From assembly GCA_964035545.1 (NCBI GenBank), contig OZ037773.1:1269751-1333750 (forward strand): a DNA stretch of 64,000 bases. The letters run 5' to 3'. The notes beneath the pieces are model-generated. The model worked only from the letters and a program-made list of their open reading frames with translations, ran no database searches and was not told where the DNA came from. This document shows positions 49,346-61,300 of this stretch, one piece after another (the first letter of the stretch is position 1; each line of letters opens with the position of its first letter). A program made the position numbers and the translations under genes. Source of the DNA: Bugula neritina (taxonomy: Eukaryota > Animalia > Bryozoa).

Positions 49346-52300
49346 ATGTCAACGATGAAACACAAACGACCTCGGTCACATCAATTTATTTTGGAAGACA
49401 GGCTAACACCACCTACTTACCAGGTATTAAAATAGCTAGACTTTTACTACTTAGTTAGGCTACATTTTCTCTTTATTATAAACAGCTAAAGTAATCAAAG
49501 ATGATATTCAGCCGGTTGTGTATTTAATTTGCACATCTGTGTAACAATTGATGGTAACAGTGTACTGTGTTTCGTTCACATTGTGATTAAAAACCTGCAA
49601 CTGTGTTTTATAAACTGAAGTTTAGAAGAACATATTGGTACCAGGTAACTCTCCTTTGGCTGGAGAACCTGTGACATAAATTTGCTGGCCAAATTGCTTA
49701 CCAACTTTTCATTTTTATTAAAGGTGGAGCTGGTCTCTTCAGTGGTCGGCAGAAATACAGTGCTGTGTGTGGGAAATGATAATGGTTTGGACTTTGTTCC
49801 TATTATGGTGATGAAGTCATTATCAGATTTGGTGAAGGATACAGAAGCTAAGAAAGTTATTGTATACCTCAGTCCTGACGGTAAGTCTGGTAACCATAGC
49901 AACCCCTCCATTATTCAGGCTAGTCTTCCAGTCAATCTGCTGGAACACAAGAGCAGCTACCTTGCCATTATCGCATGTCTTTATAGCACACCCATTTACA
50001 ATGTAATAATGGTTTCAGTGCCATCTGAAATAATTAAGTATTAAACTGTGTTTCCTTGGTGTTTGTCTTTCTAAAAAAAGTTTTACTGAAGGTTTTTGTC
50101 TAACTAATCATTAGGAAAGTGTAGTTTACCTAACATAACCATACAGAAACAGTTAGAGCATATATTTCAAATTCCGGAAGAGTAAAACTCGGGTCTCAAA
50201 GCATGACTCAATGCTCAATGATGTCTTTCATGAGAATGCTTGCCAGTCAGTAGTATAATATTTTATTCAGTGGCTTAAGCTTTTTGGTGTACAAACAGTG
50301 CCTGCAGACTATTCAATAAGCATATGGTGTAGTAAGCTTAGAATTACAGAGTTAAAGTACCATACTTGGTGCTGTATTAGTTCTGTACTAGTTCTGTATT
50401 AGCTCAATAGTTGCTCTGTATTGGTTCTGTAGATGAAGCTGGTGCAAAGGCATGCTGTGTTAACGAGCAGAGGGTGCAGCGACACTCTGCATTCAGAACT
50501 TTCAGGTTGAAAGGATTTGGCTCTGAACAGTTGACAGCCGTACCACCAGACTGTGACGTCCTCTGTATGCAGGGGAGACAATGTCTTGATGCCTTGGTTT
50601 CTGGCACACTGGGTAAGGTGCTAGTTTGACTTCCCTTTCTCTCAGCTCTGATTCTCTTTGTTTACTTTTTCTGTCTCTGTTTACTTTCCCTTGCTGTATC
50701 CACTTTGTCTCTTTCTATGCTTGGTCTTTCTCTACTCTACTTTTCTCTACTCCACCTCTCTCTAGTCTACCATCCTCTACTCTACCATCATCTCTCTACT
50801 CTACCATCATCTCTCTACTCTACCATCATCTCTCTACTCTACCATCATCTCTCTACTCTACCATCATCTCTCTACTCTACCATCATCTTTCTAGTCTACC
50901 TCTCTCTACTCTACCATCATCTACTTGAGCTTTCTATTTTCTACCTCAACCATTTCTCAACTTATTTCTACTTAGCATTTCTCTGAGACATTTACTTTGT
51001 CTTTCTAACATGCCTATATTTTTGCAGAATTTTCACAGATGAAACTCATAGTGTTTGATGACTGTCACATTGCATTAGATACTAACTCATCCTATGCCTC
51101 TATTGTGAATCTGCTAAGAGAGAGTCCCTGTCATCATTCCATCAGGATATTTGGACTCACTGCCTCTATTATCAGCACCATCTTGGAGGAACCAAAAGAA
51201 TTGGACAATAAAATTCGTAACCTCGAATATGCTCTGGACAGTTTTGGTGGGTTCCTATTGGCATCAAAGTGTATGGTCTAATCAAGGAGTATATAGTCTG
51301 ATAAAAAAGTATATAGTCTGATAAAAGAGTATATAGTCTGGTAAGAGTATATAGTCTGATAAAAGAGTATATAGTGTAATAAAAGAGTATATAGTTTGGT
51401 CATGTCAGTGTTATAAAGGGAGCTGCTATTTCATGCTGATTATATCATACCCAAAAAGAGAAGATAACTCCAGACTGGTTTGTAGTAGACTTGATGTGAG
51501 TCTAACTAGTGTATTCTATGATGCAGAACTTATTCACCTGCTGTTTCACTTCACAATCTAATACTGACTGTCTTCTTTTTGCTTCTTGTTTCAGTGGAAA
51601 CCACTGCGGATATGAGTGCAATGGAGACTCCGGCTGTGAACAGAGAGGAGAAGACTGCTGTGTACGAAGCAGACGTATCAACAGGAAGTAGTGCTGATCA
51701 GTTAACTCAGACTATCCGATCAGTTCTACAACATTCATATCACTTTCTTGGCGACATGGTTGTCAGTGAGGTGAGCTCTGATTGGCTAGTATTTCATTCA
51801 GTTGTAGTAAGGATATAAGAGCTTAGGCAATGTATCTGTCTGTCTGTCTGTGACTGTTGTTTTAGGCTGACATAGTCAAGGCCCGGTGTATAAATGTGGC
51901 TAAGAAAGACAAGTCTAAAGTAGATAACTTACTTGAATGTGGTGAGAATGCGGGTGGGGTACTTGAGCCACCTCCCCTCTCAACCGAGTGGTATAACATG
52001 CAGACGTGCAAGGATATCCCACGGAGAGTGTTTGAAGAGGTAAACAGTCGGACTGACTTTTGTTATGTTTGTAACCTGCCCTCACATATGATGGCGTGGA
52101 GGTGTCTTTAGTGTACAGTCTGTCATTGCATATTCAGATGGTCATGTGATCATTGTAGTTAAGGTTCCCACTGAATCTGATAATCTATGGTTTAAACCAA
52201 GTTCCTGTGTTGATAATAGCTATTTTAACTTTGTAAAAAATGTGAAGAAGCATGAAAACAACTTGCAGACGTAACTGTGAACTGGTAAACTAGTAGGCAG

Positions 52301-55300
52301 TACATTATATTACTGATTGGCAAACTTTACTAGGTGACTCTCAGTAGTAACTGTACCAGACTTGAGTATATTATGAATTGCCGGAGCAGATTTGTTTCAT
52401 GCTATCCTTAGTCTAACTTATAAATCAGAACATCAATAAATGTGATCATCTCAATAATTGTCGATCTGGATAATATTCAATCAATAATTTTTTAAATAAT
52501 TAATAAATATTTTTATTCGGTTATTGTACTGTAACAACTAACAACCGTTGTAGTTTATAATTCTTGTGAATATTTATAAACCGGTCTGTGATCAACCTTG
52601 TCTGCTAATTGTTGTTTGTGTGAATGCTGCATTCTTAAACCGTGACTCGGGTGGTATACACAAACCCCACACTATTTCAAGAAGTTCCTTGCTCAAAGAC
52701 CCTGGTTTATAGCCTCGAGTTAACCATCCGCGCTCTGTTGCCACAATCATTGCTGAATTGCCATTTTACACACGCAATGTCAGCATAGTTTTGGCAGAAT
52801 ACAATAGTCACGTGATGATGTGAATACTATACAGTCTCGTCACGTGCAGGTGGAGACAACACTGGATGAGTTGGGCGCCTGGTGTGCCGGTTGTGTAGCC
52901 CTCAATATCTGCTCCACTCTTCAGAAGATTGTGGAAAAGACTACGGAACCTTTCACTAAAACCTTGCTTCAGATGGCCTGGACTCAGTTAAAGTATATAC
53001 ACAGTAAGTGCTAACGTGTATGCATAGTAAATTTAAAAACTTACATACATAGTAAGTGCTAAAGTACATACATAGTAAGAGCTAAAGTACATACATAGTA
53101 AGTGCTAAAGTACATACATAGTAAGTGCAAAAGTACATACATAGTAAGTGCTAAAGTACATACATAGTAAGAGCTAAAGTACATACATAGTAAGTGCTAA
53201 AGTACATACATAGTAAGAGCTAAAGTACATACATAGTAAGTGCTAAAGTACATACATGGTAAGTGCTAAAGTATATGCATAGTAAGTATTACTGTATACA
53301 CCATATGTTAGCTATAGTTAAATTAGTTTTACTGCATTCACTAAGAATTACACACACACTTGTTAGATGCTGTACAATGTTTTACTGTAGTGCTACAATG
53401 TTTTACTGTAGTGCTACAATGTTTTACTGCAGTGGTACAATGTTTTACTGCAGTGGTGCAATGTTTTACTGTAGTGGTACAATGTTTTACTGTAGTGGTA
53501 CAATGTGTTACTGTAGTGGTACAATGTTTTACTGTAGTGGTACAATGTGTTACTGTAGTGTTGGTTAAAAAAGCTGCCGAGTCTATGATGGACGAGCAAG
53601 AGCTCCTTCAGCTCTCTACTCCTAAAGTCAGGAAACTAATTTCCATCCTCAAATCTTTCCTGCCAAAGGTATATCCGTATGATTTTCACTACATTCTGTT
53701 CCAATATGTTGATCTGTCAGGTTCAGCTGTAACACACTCCCGGTTCAGTGATTCATCATTCTCTAGTTTCACTTTATACCAGCTGCTTTGCAATTCTCAA
53801 ACTCTTACAAAGTCTTTTTTGGACTGACTTTTGCTATTACTCATAATGCTATTTACATAACTGTAGTGTCTCTACTCGCCAGCCATTGCAGTTAATCCGT
53901 GACATAACGTTATACTGTCACTCGTAGGTGGAGTTTGAAATCACCTCAGCCGTATCCAGTTACACTAAGAACGCAGACGTCAGTTCAGAAGATGGTTCGG
54001 ACATGTCTGACCTTTCTGATGGAGAATCCAATCAGGACCCGGAGTCGTTCACCATCGCTAGGATGAAACAGGAAGCTTCTAAGGGTATGTGTGACATAAT
54101 ATATAGTGTGACATCATAGTATACAGTGTGACATCATAGTGTATAGTGTGACATCATAGTATGTAGTGTGACATCATAGTATATACTGTGACATCATAGT
54201 GTATAGTGTGACATCATAGTATATAGTGTGACATCATAGTATACAGTGTGACATCATAGTACATATATTGTATATAGTATATAGAGTGATATATCTCCAT
54301 TATTTTATACTGTAGACAATGTAGTGAAAGTCAACCAAGAGGAGACAACACTCATAGGACTCGTGTTTGTAAAAAGAAAACATTCTGCATTCGCTTTACA
54401 CAAGTATATCGAGGAGTTGTGCATCTGGGATATGGATATGTACTTCATTAGAAGCACTTACATGATTGGTCAGTAATCTGTAATAAACTATCTGATTGGT
54501 TAGTATTCTGTAATCAACTATCTGATTGGTTAGTATTCTGTAATCAACTAATCCATTGGTCAGTATGCTGGTCAGATTGCTGTAGCGAACTATATGTTAA
54601 TATTTTGTGCAATATGGTCGACAGTGCCTTACCATCTTGTGAGAAGACACGTGATTGGCTGATATGCGCTGACTGTAGGTGCAGATGCTGAGGAGGAGAA
54701 GAATGACGTGATGAAGAGCAAAAAGCAGGACCAGAAGCTGCTGCAGTTCCGTCAGCGTAAGATCAACTTACTGGTGGGAACACAACTCCTTCACTCTGAC
54801 ATTGACCTTCCCAAGTGTAATCTCATAGCCATGTTTGACCCGCCAGGATCCTACAGAGATTACATCAAGTCAAAGGTTGGTGCTGCCAAGTTGCTGGTGT
54901 ATGGTGATGAGCTTTGTTGACTTTCTCTCCGTTACCTAATAATACTAACCCCATCAATGATGTGTGGCCAAACAACAGCTTGATTATATATTTATATTAT
55001 ATACTGCCAATTGCTCTGTTGATTGAGACTACATCTTTCAATAGTTTTCCATTGCCTGTTCAGGGCACATAACTCCACATATCAATTGTAGGGCAGAGCC
55101 AAGGCCTTCAATGCTCTGTATTACACCATTTGTTCAGTGGAGGAGAAAGACTACCTGGAAAAGTGCCTTAGTAACTTCAGTCAGATCGAAGCAGTAAGTA
55201 CGAAGGGGGGGGGGTGTAGACCCCTTATGTGTTAGTATATAATATACAGTATATAGGCTACTCTATGTGTTAGTATATATAATATATACACTACTATATG

Positions 55301-58300
55301 TATAAGTATATGCAGTATATACACTACTATATGTATAAGTATATATAGTATATATACTACTTTTTGTGTTTGTATATATTATAGTATATATTACAGATTC
55401 TGCAGAGAAAGATCCATGAATGCACCTCTCCCACAAAGCCCTTCTCATTGGCTGATTCAGAGTTAGCTCCTCCTTTTGTGGCTCCTCATACTGAAGCTAC
55501 TGTTACTATCAGCAATGCTATTGGCCTCTTGAACAGGTACATTGACCAATATATACTCTTCTGTCATACCTTATATTGTGATGAGTATATCATGTATGTA
55601 ATCACTATATACGTATAGTATATATTATGTATTTGTATGATTTGGTTGAATGCCAAATGCTTTTATATCATTTATAACCCTGTCTACACCCTAAGTGATT
55701 TCTAATTCTGGCGGTAATAAGTTTCGCCTCGAAATATGCCTTCTGCCTTTTTGTCTACAGTGGCGTAGAAGTTACAGTGAGGTGGTAGTTACAGTGATGT
55801 AGTAGTTACAGTGACGTAGTAGTTACAGTGAGGTGGTAGTTACAGTCAGGTGGTAGTTACAGTGAGGTGGTAGTTACAGTGACGTATCAGTTACAGTGAC
55901 GTAACAGTTACAGTGACATAGTAGTTACAGTGACGTGGTAGTTACAGTGATGTAGTAGTTACAGTGGCGTAGCAGTTACAGTGACGTAGCAGTTACAGTG
56001 ACGTAGCAGTTACAGTGACGTAGTAGTTACAGTGACGTGGTAGTTACAGTGACGTGGTAGTTACAGTGGCGTAGCAGTTACAGTGACGTAGTAGTTACAG
56101 TGATGTAGTAGTTACAGTGACGTGGTAGTTAAAGTGAAGTAGTAGTTACAGTGATGTAGTAGTTACAGTGACGTAGTAGTTACAGTGACGTAGTAGTTAT
56201 AGTGATCTAATAGTTACAGTGATGTAGTAGTTACAGTGATGTAATAGTTACAGCAACGTGGTAGTTACAGTAACGTAGTAGTTACAGTGATGTAGTAGTT
56301 ACAGTGACGTGGTAGTTAAAGTGACGTAGTAGTTACAGTGACGTAGCAGTTACAGTGAGGTAGTAGTTACAGTGACGTGGTAGTTAAAGTGACGTAGTAG
56401 TTACAGTGACGTAGCAGTTACAGTGAGGTGGTAGTTACAGTGAGGTAGTAGTTACAGTGACGTGGTAGTTAAAGTGACGTAGTAGTTACAGTGACAGAGT
56501 AGTTACAGTGAGGTGGTAGTTACAGTGATGTAGTAGTTACAGTGACGTAGTAGTTACAGTGATACAGTAGTTGATTTCATGGTGGTGGAGTTGTCACTTC
56601 ACTCATTTATGAAGATGAAATTACATGTTATCCTTGAGCTCTACAGACGCTCTACTCATACTGTGCTCAATTAGCATTTGATCTCTACAGATACTGTGCC
56701 AAACTACCCAGTGACATGTGTACGCGGCTCATTCCCACTGCAGATGTTAAGAAGTTGTCTTCTGGTTACCAGGCAACCATCTCACTTCCTGTCAACTGCA
56801 GACTCAAGCACACTATAACTGTAAGTGTTGGTGTCAGATTCAAGATGGCTGCTTCTATCATCACAGCTTCTATCACCCCGCAGTTTCTTTCATCTCACTC
56901 AGCTCCTCCATCTTGTTAACTAGACCTAGTTCTTCTAAATGAAAGAATAGACTGAGTTTTTTGCTACCGCAAAATATATTCCTAACTTAGGGTTACTCAA
57001 TATATCTAATCCTATAGCAATTTCATATATTTTTGTATTGAAAGGATAGATTTTGTTGTCCTGTAGATATGCATTAATTCCTGTCTGTTACTTGCTCTGG
57101 TAGTTCTTTCTCTGTTACCAGGGCAACGTGATGCCAACCTACCATCTGGCAGTAGCAGCAGGTGCTTTGGAAACGTGTCGACAGCTCTTCAGAGAAGGTA
57201 AATACTGTAGTACTGGTGTAGTCATACTGTAGTACTAGTGTAGTTATACTGTAGTACTGGTGTAGTTATACTGTAGTGGTAGTGTAGTTATACTGTAGTA
57301 CTAGTGTAGTTATACTGTAGTACTGGTGTAGTTATACTGTAGTACTAGTGTAGTTATACTGTAGTACTAGTGTAGCTATACTGTAGTAATAGTGTAGTTA
57401 TACTGTAGTACTAGTGTAGTTATGCTGTAGTAATAGTGTAGTTATACTGTAGTACTGGTGTAGTTATACTGTAGTATTAGTGTAGTTATACTGTAGTACT
57501 AGTGTAGCTATACTGTAGTAATAGTGTAGTTATACTGTAGTACTAGTGTAGTTATGCTGTAGTAATAGTGTAGTTATACTGTAGTACTGGTGTAGTTATA
57601 CTGTAGTACTAGTGTAGTTATACTGTAGTACTAGTGTAGTTATACTGTAGTACTAGTGTAGTTATACTGTAGTACTGGTGTGGTTATACTGTAGTACTAG
57701 TGTAGTTATACTGTAGTACTGGTGTGGTTATACTGTAGTACTAGTGTAGTTATACTGTAGTACTAGTGTAGTTATACTGTAGTGGTAGTCGTGCTGCAGG
57801 TGAACTCGATGCTAACCTCGCTCCTATTGGCAAAGAGTATTTGAAGAATTCTACTCAAGATGCCGAATGGGAGAGAGAGCGAACCACCCGACAGAGCAAG
57901 GGTGCTCCTGGCAGCTCTAAAGCTAAGCGCTTTTATAACAAGAAGGTGAATACTGCTACAATAATATGTTGTGACTGTCCTGAGATGTTGGTGTATAAGT
58001 GTGCTGTCAAGGCAGATATTGTTGACAAGCAAGTCAGCAGCTGTGGTTGTTTCAGGTGGCAGACATTCTGGGCGAGACATTTGGGCCGGGAGACGAATGC
58101 TATCTCTACTCTGCCAACCTCTCTCTCAGCATAGCCATGGACAAGGATAAACACAACAAAGGGCGGGACGTGTTTGTCACCCAACAGTACCCCTACACTG
58201 TGGGCTTCCTGGTGAAGGAGAAGCTGCCAGCGGTAAGTGTAGGATGGCTGTCATCTGTTGGGTCACCCTGCATCACATGACCTTGACATGTGTGTGACCT

Positions 58301-61300
58301 TGACATGTGTGTGACCTTGGCATGCGTAAATCACTACGCTCATTTCTCTTTCAGCTTCGATTCTCTTCTTTCAGTAGCTCTTCTCACTTTCTCTCCTTGA
58401 CTGTAGCTCTTAGCCTAAAGCTAGATTTCAGTAACTTAAGTATTTTAATTTTATTTATAAGATTTATGTCAAATTGTTTAAGTATGATGTGGTTGAGATT
58501 GGTTTACCCTAATATAAATATTTCATAAAAACACAGACTATGCTTTCTGGTTTAGCTTGTAAACTTATCTCTAATAGCAGGGGCAGTTGGAATATTTGAC
58601 CTTGACACTTGCAGGTTGCAGAGTTTCCAGTTTTTACACGCTCCGGCCAGGAAACCGTGGCCATCACGTTCTGCATGGAGTGCCGACTAAACCAGTCTCA
58701 GTACGAAAGGGTCAAGGACTACCACTCCTTTGTCTTCCACAATGTTCTCAGAATAGACAAATTCCCCCTTAAACTCAACACCACAACCTCCACCTTCAAC
58801 TTGCTTGTAGTACCAATAGACTCAGGTGTGTAGAGATCTCTGCTCTGTTGACTTGTTTCTCCGCAATGAAAGTTCATATCGAAGATATGCTAGTATATGT
58901 GTTGTGTTGTTGTATGGCAGGGCAGCAGCAAATAGCCTGGGAGTATCTAGACAGAACTCTGGCTAAGATGGAGGAGTGGTCTGAGCGTCCCCCGCTCTTC
59001 AGCCGAAAGGCGAATGAGTTTGTGTTCAAAGAAGAAGATTTCAAAGACGCAGTAGTCATGCCTTCCTACAGAAATCAAGGTGATGCAATTGTGTTGGGAG
59101 TTTTCTTCACCTGATATTTCACTCTTCGGGTTGGTGAATCTAACTGTGTGTGTCGTTACCATTTTAGACCAGCCTGAGTTCTTCTATGTTGCTGCGATGA
59201 GGTACGACCTGAGTCCTAAGGCTCCATTTCCCTCACCTGAGCTCTACAGCGACTTCTACACTTACTATACTTCCAAGTATGGTCTCGCAATAACCAACAC
59301 CTCTCAGCCTCTACTTGACGTCGACAGGACTTCCGGCAGGTCGGTTACTCTAGAGGTACTTGTATGCTGTATAGTATATACAGTATGTACACTCTAGAGG
59401 TACTTATATGCTGTATAGTTTATACAGTATGTACACTCTCTAGAGGTACTTGTATGCTGTATAGTATATACAGTGTACACACTCTAGAGGTACTTGTATG
59501 CTGTATAGTTTATACAGTATGTACACTCTAGAGGTACTTGTATGATGTATAGTTTATACAGTGTACACACTCTAGAGGTACTTGTATGCTGTATAGTATA
59601 TACAGTGTACACACTCTAGAGGTACTTGTACGCCGTATAGTTTATACAGTGTACACACTCTAGAGGTACTTGTAGTCTGGAACATATGACTTGCAGGTTG
59701 AACCTATCAACTCCCAGATACATCAATCAGAAGGGAATTCCTTTGGCTGCTGCAACTGCGAATCAGACAAAGAAAAAGAAGCTGGGTACACGGGAGAGAC
59801 AAATCCTGATCCCGGAGCTGTGTGATATTCACCCGTGCACCGCTAGCATGTGGAGGAAGCTGGTGTGTGTGCCCACAATACTCTACCGACTCAACAGTCT
59901 GCTGCTTAGCCACCAGCTTCTCTCCAGGTCTGTTGTCCTTCACTGCTGACTATGAGTCAGAGTGTGATGTCACAGGAAACTGGAGATGTTTATTTATTAT
60001 ATTCTATATTCAATATAATTTTGAGATAGATTTGCCCCTGTTGGAGTTATCTTCCATGAGTTATAGTGCTGAAAAGCTTTGTGATAGCTCAACTGTAATG
60101 CCTCATTCAACATGTGGCCTTTGTTGAATGTTCTTGTTTTGTCACATCTACAGGGAGTAGCTTCTAGTCACTTAGTAATTATAAATATATTATTATATAT
60201 TTTGCATTTATATTATTATTTACTAATGCAATAGTTATAATTGTTGTAGTGCAGTCAATGATTGTATGCCTAATGATTTATTTTTGTTTGTCATATTGAT
60301 TGTATTGACCAAAAGAATTAAGTAATTTATATATGGTCATTATTCTTGGTTCAATAATATTTTATTGATATTCCTGTTGATGATGTAAACTCTATAAAAT
60401 TGGCGTAGCTCATACAGTGTTAGGATAAAATAATAGTAGTTTTCTCACGGAAATCGTAATTGAAAAAGTTTGCTAAACGTATAAGTGGTTGTGTTCCATT
60501 TGATCAAAAAAAAAATCATTTTTTATACCAGAGGTGTCAGTGAATAGTGTGCCTGATGTCAAGGTCAATACAGGCTGAATAGCTCTCATAACTGAGAGGT
60601 AGATTTTTTTTGTAGAATCAACAAAGGCATGAACTTTCCCTCTCTGTCACACACCAATATCCACAGTGGAGGAAAGTTAGATTTGGGAATAGATTTCTCG
60701 TTGCTCCAGGCTCCTTCAAACTTGACCAATCAAACTGATGGAGATAATCTACAGACCAATCAAAATGAAGATGACAATGAGCCAGTAAACCAGTGCGCAA
60801 TTGAGGATCAACAAAGTATGTTAGCTGGGACACTCTAAATAGTAGTGATGTCATTTCCTGCCATCAGTCTCGTGTCTGTGTATCATCTTCTACTTATATT
60901 GAGACACCATATCAGTTGCAGATGTGAAATAGCAGACAACTCCCGTAACATGAGTGGTAATCAAAAGTTGTCTTCTTTTTTTCAGAACAGCTCCATAGGT
61001 TTAAGTAAAGATGAGTAAAATAAGACTCAGAGTTCGAGAGTGTTTCATGCACTCACTTTACACTAATGACAAACAAATAATTTCATAAACCTGGAGCCAA
61101 CACCATTCAATAGTTGACTTACACTTTATTTAAATCAGTTGTTCTGTTACAGAATTGCAGATCAATGGTTCTCTGTTTCTTTTAGTCTGCGTTTTGTTGC
61201 GTTAAGATTATTATTCATTTAGTTGTGTTCCCTTCTCTATAAGTACTACATAAGGGAGAGAAGATGATCCCACCTGTCTTCTTATTCAATCGCGCGTATA

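Noticed and set aside
55755-57790. CRISPR-like regular repeats
   Set aside because: No spacers and no cas genes; simple intronic minisatellites.
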